Shown here one piece after another: positions 31,238-37,728 of a stretch of 37,728 bases of DNA. The notes below the pieces were generated by a model. It did not search any database. It worked only from the letters and a program-made list of their open reading frames with translations, and was not told the DNA's origin. How positions within the stretch are numbered: position 1 is the stretch's first letter; each line of letters starts with the position of its first letter. Position numbers and translations under genes: made by a program. This DNA comes from an uncultured Dehalococcoidaceae bacterium (GTDB taxonomy: Bacteria > Chloroflexota > Dehalococcoidia > Dehalococcoidales > RBG-16-60-22): positions 1 through 37,728 of the forward strand of contig CAYWRT010000002.1 in NCBI GenBank assembly GCA_964460815.1, written 5' to 3'.

Positions 31238-32323
31238 ATGAAAAGGTTATCTGTAATATTTTCCGTTTCTCTCATTACCTTGTTGCTTCTCAGCTTAATC
31301 ATCTCCTGTGCTGAGCCAGAACCAACACCCACGCCGACACCGACACCGACACCAACACCGACACCCACACCGGAAAAACCGGCGGAAACGGTGATTCTGA
31401 GGATGACATTGGCCCAACCCCCCATGGACATTATACCGATGAAGTGCATGGAAGCGGCGGAGAGGTTCAATGAGCGTGCCGGCGGGGCGTATAAACTGGA
31501 GATTTACCCCGGTGAGCAACTGTGCAAGTACGCTGAGAGTATCGATTCCGTGAGGTCAGGGGTAGTCGAGATGGCTAACATGGGATGGGGTGGTTACGCT
31601 GGCACCCTACCGGTGTTGGCTGTTGCCGAAATTCCCTTTTTGTATGAGAGCGTCCGGGCAAATGCAGCTTCCCAGGATGGTATACTGGAGATATACGGTG
31701 AGGCATTTTTGCAGAACCTAAACCAGAAGGCACTGGGCAATTTCAACGTCACTGCCATGGAGCTTATCTCCACCAAGCCAATTAAGACTATGGACGACTT
31801 CAAAGGCATGGTGATTCAGAGCGACACTCCTCAGGGCACGGCCCTGATAACTGCCTTAGGTGCTTCTGGCACAATGATACCCTTCCCCGAGGTATACGCT
31901 GCCCTGGAGAAGGGAGTGGTCGATGCTGCCATGCTGGCGGCCCCATTCATCCTGGTAAGTAAACAATATGAGGTTGCTCCCAATTATACGCCCTGCTACG
32001 CTCTCGGTACCACCCACGGAGTCACTATCAACCTGGATGTGTGGAATAAGATGCCAAAGAACATCCAGGACATGTTAGCCGAGGAAATGAAACAGGCGTG
32101 CCAGACCTTAAATGAGGGTTTTATCCATACCTATGAAGAGGATATGAATACCATGGCTGGTTTGGGGGTAGATGTCTACTACCTGCCCAAGGCGGAGCGT
32201 GATAAGTGGAAAGAAGTGATCCGTCCATACTGTGAGCAGAGAATGACGGAACTGGGGGCGGCCGCTCAGAAGATGAAGCAAATTGCTGACGAGATGAACG
32301 TCAAATTCCCTTATCCCTATTAG
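31238..32323 (+). CDS. dctP: TRAP transporter solute-binding lipoprotein (DctP family)
   Basis: 361 aa. Signal peptide with lipobox IISC (Cys24) and EPEP(TP)8 linker. Followed directly by DctQ- and DctM-type genes. RBS AAAGGAGG lies upstream. Confidence 0.85.
   Translation: MKRLSVIFSVSLITLLLLSLIISCAEPEPTPTPTPTPTPTPTPTPEKPAETVILRMTLAQPPMDIIPMKCMEAAERFNERAGGAYKLEIYPGEQLCKYAESIDSVRSGVVEMANMGWGGYAGTLPVLAVAEIPFLYESVRANAASQDGILEIYGEAFLQNLNQKALGNFNVTAMELISTKPIKTMDDFKGMVIQSDTPQGTALITALGASGTMIPFPEVYAALEKGVVDAAMLAAPFILVSKQYEVAPNYTPCYALGTTHGVTINLDVWNKMPKNIQDMLAEEMKQACQTLNEGFIHTYEEDMNTMAGLGVDVYYLPKAERDKWKEVIRPYCEQRMTELGAAAQKMKQIADEMNVKFPYPY
31313..31372 (+). repeat. Hexanucleotide tandem repeat encoding the EPEP(TP)8 linker
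   Basis: ACN-CCN repeated 8 times in frame. It produces the shadow ORFs 31105..31470 (-) and 31295..31519 (-). Confidence 0.9.
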
Positions 32324-32363
32324 ACTCCAGGGACAAAGATATACCTGCGATGCTAGCATTGCT

Positions 32364-32399
32364 GGACGCTACGCCTGTTCTATATCGGGCGTAGTGTCC
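32364..32399 (+). other. Intercistronic stem-loop between dctP and dctQ
   Basis: A 12-bp stem, GGACGCTACGCC (32364-32375) with GGCGTAGTGTCC (32388-32399), containing one G-U pair, and a 12-nt loop. No T-tract follows. Confidence 0.5.
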
Positions 32400-32416
32400 A
32401 GTGTGGAGCGTTATAA

Positions 32417-32935
32417 TTGGTCAATAAAGTCAAACAGATACTTGAAGAGCTAATTGAACGTGCCAGTCAATTTGCCATGGTGTTGGCTGGAGCCCTGGTA
32501 GTGCTGATGGCTTTTCTTACCACCTACGGCGTCGTCAGACGGTATATTTTCAATAGTCCCGAGCCCTATTCATACGAGTTTAGCGTTATATTCTTACTGT
32601 TCAGTTTTGTTCTGGCAGTAGCCGCTCTGGAAAGGTTAAACCGGCTTATCAGGGTCGATATTGTGGCTAACCGCTTTTCTAAAGGCACCAACAATGTTGT
32701 CTTGAATATCATTGCCCCAATTTTAGGGCTCGCTTTCTGCGCGATACTTACCTGGAAAGGCGGGGCCGATGCCTTGTACGCGTTACAAATGGGCCAGTTA
32801 AGTAGGTCAGCGTGGCAGGTGCCCTTGTTCCCGATAAAGATCATAATTCCCATAGGCTACGGGCTGCTTTGCCTCGTTCTTATAGCTCGGCTATGCCGTG
32901 GCCTTGTTTCTTTGAAAGCAGCACCAAGAAGATGA
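32417..32935 (+). CDS. dctQ: TRAP transporter small permease (DctQ family)
   Basis: 172 aa with a TTG start. It has four hydrophobic segments and lies between the dctP and dctM genes. Confidence 0.8.
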   Translation: MVNKVKQILEELIERASQFAMVLAGALVVLMAFLTTYGVVRRYIFNSPEPYSYEFSVIFLLFSFVLAVAALERLNRLIRVDIVANRFSKGTNNVVLNIIAPILGLAFCAILTWKGGADALYALQMGQLSRSAWQVPLFPIKIIIPIGYGLLCLVLIARLCRGLVSLKAAPRR

Positions 32936-32996
32936 CAAAGTAACTCAACGTGCCTAGTCCCTAGCTGAATAGATACCTGGATGAAATGAGGTAGCT

Positions 32997-34298
32997 ATGG
33001 ATTATGCTACAGCGGCATTGCTGTGTGTTTTTAGCATGCTCGTTTTGATGTTGCTGGGCGTGCCCATTGCTTACGCTCTGGGATTCAGCTCGGTTGTCTT
33101 TGGGGTGCTGGCTTTTGGTGGGGCAAGTCTCGACAAAGCGGGATGGGCGACATTTCATTTATTGTATAATTTGTCCTGGACCCCGCTGCCACTGTTTGTA
33201 CTTATGGCCTGTGTCATCGCCGAAACTACAATAGGCGAAGACCTTTACCGGGCTGCCCGGAGATGGTTCTCCCGTGTTCCTGGGGGGCTAATTGTCGCTA
33301 CCATCATGGGTGAGGCCGCTATGGCGGCCATCGTGGGTGTTAGTGGCGCCTGTATAGTCGCCTTGGGTAAAGTGGCTGAACCTGAGTTTAACAGATACGG
33401 CTACAATCGGGCACTCGGTCTAGGTGGTCTGTGTTGTGGGGGTGTCCTTGGACCGTTGATACCACCCAGTGTCCCTATGATTATTTTCGCTGCTTTTGCC
33501 GAGGCGTCTTTAGGTCGTCTTTTCATAGCCGGGATAATACCTGGCATCCTCTTAGCCTTTATGCTTTCGGCAGTACCTATAATACTGTGCGCGCGTAATC
33601 CGACATTTGGCCCGCCAGCCGGCGCATTTAGCTGGGCAGACAGGCTCGGGTCACTCAAGAGGCTGTGGCCCATAGCTTTGGTGATGTTTTTCATTCTAGG
33701 CTCGATTTACTTGGGGATAGCGACACCTACCGAAGCGGGAGGGGTCGGCTGTACCGCCGTAATAATTATTGCGGTAGCGTTTTTCGGTCTCAGGCTTAAG
33801 GGTTTATACCGGGCCATGACGGAAGCGGTCTTGATAAATGCTATGATTATGATAATCCTGGTTGGGGCTTCGTTCTTTTCTTATGTGGTGGGAAGTTCCC
33901 GCTTGGCAGAAAATTTAGTCAATATCGTTACATCGTCAGCGCTACCTCCATTACTAGTGATTGTCGGCATAAATATTCTTCTTATCATTCTGGGCTGCTT
34001 TTTTGAGCCTATCACCATTTTGATGCTGACCCTACCTATCATTCTTCCCGTAATCGTTGGACTGGGTTTTGACCTTATATGGTTTGGGGTATTGTTCGTA
34101 GTTAACACGCAGATAGGACTGATTACACCGCCGATGGGAATAGATTTGTTTATAACGAGAAATACCTTTAACATACAAACGGGTGAGCTTCTCCGGGGGG
34201 TGCTCCCTTTCCTGATTGTACTCTTTATTTTCCTGTTTATCCTGGTAGCTTTTCCCCAGCTAAGTCTCTGGCTGCCCAATATGATGAAGGGAAGATAA
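32997..34298 (+). CDS. dctM: TRAP transporter large permease (DctM family)
   Basis: 433 aa. A polytopic membrane protein of typical DctM length and hydrophobic pattern (GVPIAYALGFSSVVFG..., ITPPMGIDLF). Confidence 0.85.
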   Translation: MDYATAALLCVFSMLVLMLLGVPIAYALGFSSVVFGVLAFGGASLDKAGWATFHLLYNLSWTPLPLFVLMACVIAETTIGEDLYRAARRWFSRVPGGLIVATIMGEAAMAAIVGVSGACIVALGKVAEPEFNRYGYNRALGLGGLCCGGVLGPLIPPSVPMIIFAAFAEASLGRLFIAGIIPGILLAFMLSAVPIILCARNPTFGPPAGAFSWADRLGSLKRLWPIALVMFFILGSIYLGIATPTEAGGVGCTAVIIIAVAFFGLRLKGLYRAMTEAVLINAMIMIILVGASFFSYVVGSSRLAENLVNIVTSSALPPLLVIVGINILLIILGCFFEPITILMLTLPIILPVIVGLGFDLIWFGVLFVVNTQIGLITPPMGIDLFITRNTFNIQTGELLRGVLPFLIVLFIFLFILVAFPQLSLWLPNMMKGR

Positions 34299-34373
34299 AC
34301 CATTGCCAGATGTCAGTTAGCTCGCCACATACTGTTAGAAAATGGCAGGATAGATTGAAGGAGGTCAGTTATC

Positions 34374-35831
34374 GTGAATCACACCAGTAGTTCGAAGAAT
34401 GAAAATATTGACGCCGATGTTGTCGTCATCGGCGGGGGTGGGGCTGGTCTGGCAGCCGCCGTGGCTGCGGCACAACGAGGGGTAAGCGTCGCATTATTAG
34501 AGAGGCGAAGCACCGTGGGTGGGAACTCCGTAAAGGCACTGGGTATTTTTGCCGCCGAAAGTCCGGTTCAGAGGCGAATGCGGATTGATACCCGTAGAGA
34601 TGTTTGTTATAAGCTGGCCATGGACTACTCGCATAATAAAATAAACCCTAGACTCTTCCGGGCGTTCGTCAACAAATCGGGAGATACCGTTAGATGGCTG
34701 GAGGAGCAGGGGTTAAAGTTTTTCGACGTGCCCTTTTTCTTTCCCGGTCAGGTTGTGCGCACCTGGCATTGCCCCAGGGAAGGCGGGCTCGCCTTCATTA
34801 AGGTGCTGCTCAAAAGCTGCCAGGCTCTGGGTGTACGGATAGTGACCCAGGCCAGGGCAAACAGGCTTGTGCTCGATGAGAAGGGAAATCTGGCCGGGAT
34901 TATGGCGACGAGAAAAGGGGAGCCGCTTCGAATTGCGGCCAGGAGCGCCGTTATTGCCACCGGCGGTTATGCCGGTAACAAGAGACTGCTGGATAAATAT
35001 TACTCTTCCGGTACGGAGAATATATACCGCATCGGGTTGCGCCATATGGGAGACGGCCTGCTTATGGCTACAGAAATGGGGGCCGATACAGAAGGTCTGG
35101 GAACGCTTCAATTGACCGGGCCGGGCTTCCCCGGCTCTCTCACCTTATCTTACCTGGCTACCGAGCCGAACACCATCTGGATAAACAAAAAAGGGGAACG
35201 GTTCATTGACGAAAGGTCGGGTTTAAAGCTATTCGATAGTGTGAATGCTCTACTCCGGCAGCCGGACAAGCTGTCCTTTACGCTGTTTGATTCTGAAATA
35301 AGGCAATTCCTGATTGAAAAGGGACTTACCTCAGGTCACGGCCAGACATATCGCGAGCAGAGAGTCAAGCCGGACGCCTGGGTGAATGATTTGGAGCGAG
35401 AGGCCAGGAAGGGGACAGCCAAGATAGCTGATTCCTGGGATGATATGGCTGGCTGGATGAAGGTTGACTCCGGAGTGCTCAAGGCTACTATAGAAGATTA
35501 CAATAAAGCCTGTGAGCAGGGTTATGACCCGGTTTACGGCAAGGACCGTGTGTATTTGAAGCCTCTGCGCATTCCCCCTTACTATGCCTTGAGATGCTAC
35601 CCCGGCCTTTTAACAACAATAGGTGGTATTAAGATAAATGAGCGTATGGAGGTCGTTGGAAAACACGATAAGCCTATCCCCGGGCTTTATGCGGCCGGTA
35701 ATGATACGGGGGGTTGGGTATCGGATACCTATGATATAAATCTGGCTGGGGTTACCTTTGGCTATGCCATTAACTCGGGTCGCATGGCCGGGGAAAGCGC
35801 CGCCAGCTTCATTCTGGGAGAGAAACCTTAA
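34374..35831 (+). CDS. FAD-dependent oxidoreductase, FAD_binding_2 type (KstD/TcuA-like), copy 2
   Basis: 485 aa with a GTG start after GAAGGAGG. VVVIGGGGAGLAAAVAAAQRGVSVALLERR. IPGLYAAGNDTGGWVSDTYDINLAGVTFGYAINSGRMAGESAA. Roughly half the residues are identical by eye to 14476..15933, and the two are the same length. Confidence 0.8.
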   Translation: MNHTSSSKNENIDADVVVIGGGGAGLAAAVAAAQRGVSVALLERRSTVGGNSVKALGIFAAESPVQRRMRIDTRRDVCYKLAMDYSHNKINPRLFRAFVNKSGDTVRWLEEQGLKFFDVPFFFPGQVVRTWHCPREGGLAFIKVLLKSCQALGVRIVTQARANRLVLDEKGNLAGIMATRKGEPLRIAARSAVIATGGYAGNKRLLDKYYSSGTENIYRIGLRHMGDGLLMATEMGADTEGLGTLQLTGPGFPGSLTLSYLATEPNTIWINKKGERFIDERSGLKLFDSVNALLRQPDKLSFTLFDSEIRQFLIEKGLTSGHGQTYREQRVKPDAWVNDLEREARKGTAKIADSWDDMAGWMKVDSGVLKATIEDYNKACEQGYDPVYGKDRVYLKPLRIPPYYALRCYPGLLTTIGGIKINERMEVVGKHDKPIPGLYAAGNDTGGWVSDTYDINLAGVTFGYAINSGRMAGESAASFILGEKP

Positions 35832-35848
35832 GGAGAGGAAGCCTCTAC

Positions 35849-37728
35849 CTAGATGGCATGAGCAATGCGTGAGCCATCGGCGATGGCGTCCAATATCAGT
35901 CGCGGCTCCTTGCCGTCGCCAATAGCGTGGATTTCCGGGACTTTTCCTTGCAGTCTTTTGAGCAACTCGTTGTTTGGGACTAAGGGTACACAAGTTACTA
36001 TGGTATCTGCTTTGATGGTCTGTCTCTCCCCTTCTTTGGTCATGATGGTCAGTCCTTTATCCGTTATCTCCTCATAACTGACCTCCGTCATCATGACCAC
36101 CCCTTTTTGGGGGAACCACGTGGTGAGGCGTAACCGCTTCTCGGGAGCCAGTCCCTCGCCCAGTTCCTCGGCCGTATCCACGACGGCAACCCTTCTGCCT
36201 CGCTTGACCAGAAACTCGGCCAGCACGCAGCCCTGTATGGCACCGCCGATGATAACCACGTTTTTCCCAATCGACTTCCATAACTCCAGCTTCATGATGC
36301 CCTCCGGCTCCAGTGGTTCCGGATAATCCTTCAGACTATGATAAAGGTCATAACTGTTGACGACATTATGCCCGTTGATGCCGGGTATATCCGGCAGGGC
36401 AGGTAAGCCTCCCGTGGCCAGGATAACTGCGTCCGGTTTAATCTCCTCGACGACGGCGATATTCACCTCTTTTCCCAGCACTGTCTTCACGCCGAGCGTG
36501 GTAATCTGGCGTTCCAGATAGCGTACCAGGGCCGGTAAATCCTCAATCTCCGTTCCCTTTATCATGGCCGCCAGGGGCAGCCATCCGCCCAGTTTAGGCT
36601 CTCTTTCATAAAGCACAACTTCATGTCCTCTCAAGGCCGCCACTCTGGCTGCCTCCATGCCTGCCGGGCCGCCACCAGCTATCAGTACTCTTTTCTTCTT
36701 AGCCGCCTGTTTGACTGTATATTCCCGCTCTCTTCCCAAAGAGGCATTTACCGCACAGGGTACGGGTTCAGGGCGACCGTGCATGCACTGGAGACAGGCC
36801 AGGCAGGGCCTGATATCATCTTCTTTACCCGAGGCCAGCTTGTTGGGAAGCTCCGGGTCGGCCATCAGCCGCCGGCAGAGGCCAATGAAATCGGCCTTAC
36901 CCTGGTGCAGGGCTTTCTCTCCGAGTTCAGGATTAAGCCCGCCCACGGCAATAACCGGTATGGAGACTGCCTTTTTAATGGCGGCGGTTACAGGTAGAAT
37001 GGCCCCTGGCCCCTTGTGGCTCCAATCAAGCTCTTTGGAGAAGGAGCTTACCGGAATGTGAGGTTCGGGGTAGAAAAGCACCTCGGGTGTGAGCACGCTG
37101 ATGTCATAACCGAGCCAGAAGAACCTCACATGGAGGACATCAGCGCCGGCTTCTTCCAGCATCCGGGCTATCTCCACGCCCTCCGCACAGGTTCTGTCAT
37201 CTTCTCCTCCCCCCACCTCGACACCGTTAATGGTGACCATCACCGGATAGTCCGGCCCCACGCGCTTTCTGGTTTCCCGTAGTATGGCTAACAGGAACCG
37301 GGAACGACTTGCCAGGCTCTGGCCGCCGTAGGCGTCCTGGCGTTTATTCCACATACGTGATAGGAAGGAGGCCAGCAGGTGATTGGAACTTGAGTTTATC
37401 TCGACGCCGTCGAACCCGGCCTTCTGCGCCCGTACCGCGGCGCTGGCGAACTTGTCCACCAGGTCTTCAATCTCAGGGATGGTCAACGACCTGGGCACCT
37501 CCATGGGTAAGTGCGAGCCTCCCAGGCTACCTTTGCTGATGGCGGAAGCGGCTACCGGCTGAAGGCCAAATAGCTCTGACTGGTGCCAGGGTCCGCAATG
37601 GTACATCTGTAAGAATGTGGGGCAGCCATGTTTGTGGATAACCTGCGTCAATTCGCGGTAGCCTTTGATGTATTTGTCGTCATCAAGGCGAAACTGTACG
37701 GGGAACATCAAGCTTAGGGGATAATCAA
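35849..37728 (-). CDS. OYE-type FMN oxidoreductase fused to an FAD/NAD(P) domain (2,4-dienoyl-CoA reductase / enoate-reductase-like); 5' end beyond the window
   Basis: The track start (TTG at 37711) is not the true start, because the frame stays open to the window edge (..DYPLSLMFPVQF..). OYE barrel: HKHGCPTFLQMYHCG, DGVEINSSSNHLLASFLS. FeS motif CLACLQC...C. Dinucleotide fold VLIAGGGPAGMEAARVAALRGHEV. Confidence 0.8.
   Translation of the reverse strand, partial: DYPLSLMFPVQFRLDDDKYIKGYRELTQVIHKHGCPTFLQMYHCGPWHQSELFGLQPVAASAISKGSLGGSHLPMEVPRSLTIPEIEDLVDKFASAAVRAQKAGFDGVEINSSSNHLLASFLSRMWNKRQDAYGGQSLASRSRFLLAILRETRKRVGPDYPVMVTINGVEVGGGEDDRTCAEGVEIARMLEEAGADVLHVRFFWLGYDISVLTPEVLFYPEPHIPVSSFSKELDWSHKGPGAILPVTAAIKKAVSIPVIAVGGLNPELGEKALHQGKADFIGLCRRLMADPELPNKLASGKEDDIRPCLACLQCMHGRPEPVPCAVNASLGREREYTVKQAAKKKRVLIAGGGPAGMEAARVAALRGHEVVLYEREPKLGGWLPLAAMIKGTEIEDLPALVRYLERQITTLGVKTVLGKEVNIAVVEEIKPDAVILATGGLPALPDIPGINGHNVVNSYDLYHSLKDYPEPLEPEGIMKLELWKSIGKNVVIIGGAIQGCVLAEFLVKRGRRVAVVDTAEELGEGLAPEKRLRLTTWFPQKGVVMMTEVSYEEITDKGLTIMTKEGERQTIKADTIVTCVPLVPNNELLKRLQGKVPEIHAIGDGKEPRLILDAIADGSRIAHAI

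Noticed and set aside
31105-31470. 121-aa minus-strand ORF with a GVGVGVGVGV run (and the overlapping 31295..31519 ORF)
   Set aside because: It is the antisense shadow of the (TP)8-encoding repeat inside the well-supported dctP gene. It has no RBS and its low-complexity product arises from the repeat.

Overview
This 37.7 kb window is densely coding and contains about 30 genes. I found no rRNA, tRNA, CRISPR array, transposase, integrase or phage gene. All calls come from reading motifs in the supplied translations and the DNA by eye; no database or HMM search was possible.

The content is an anaerobic-type catabolic island for carboxylic acids.

- **Gene families present:** three paralogous tungsten/molybdopterin aldehyde:ferredoxin oxidoreductase (AOR) family genes, two MmgE/PrpD-family genes, and two adjacent family-III (CaiB/BaiF) CoA-transferases. 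There are also two paralogous KstD/TcuA-like FAD oxidoreductases, an NMO/FabK-like flavoenzyme and an OYE/2,4-dienoyl-CoA-reductase-like enzyme cut by the window edge.
- **Further enzymes:** an acyl-CoA dehydrogenase, a crotonase interrupted by one in-frame TGA, a hydantoinase/oxoprolinase A+B pair, and a GltD-like NAD(P)H/FAD/FeS protein fused to a 2x[4Fe-4S] ferredoxin. An SDR, an aldo/keto reductase, a CapA-like metallophosphatase and a small cupin are also present.
- **Transport:** one complete TRAP transporter (DctPQM) plus an extra orphan DctP-like binding protein.
- **Left edge:** a glgC-like gene followed by two tandem small paralogs. One of these is missing from the ORF track because it runs off the window.

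Genes from about 30850 down to 7837 all lie on the minus strand with very short gaps. Several intergenic regions carry near-consensus TTGACA-N17-TAnnnT promoters. Both binding proteins are lipoproteins with (Thr-Pro)n linkers. Together with the tungsten enzymes this suggests an anaerobic monoderm such as a Dehalococcoidia-like Chloroflexota; this is a low-confidence inference.

The most interesting candidate is the 7-gene operon at 13409..23548. It combines an atypical AOR-family enzyme with an NAD(P)H/FeS module, a catalytic/non-catalytic CoA-transferase pair, a PrpD-family protein and ene-reductase-type flavoenzymes. The atypical AOR has Cys where its two paralogs have the catalytic-Glu motif. 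I know of no characterised pathway with this composition.

Other points worth a second look:
- an internally duplicated Cys/His-motif protein;
- the in-frame TGA in the crotonase;
- an Asp-for-Glu acyl-CoA dehydrogenase;
- a 380-bp highly structured, G/C-tract-rich spacer.
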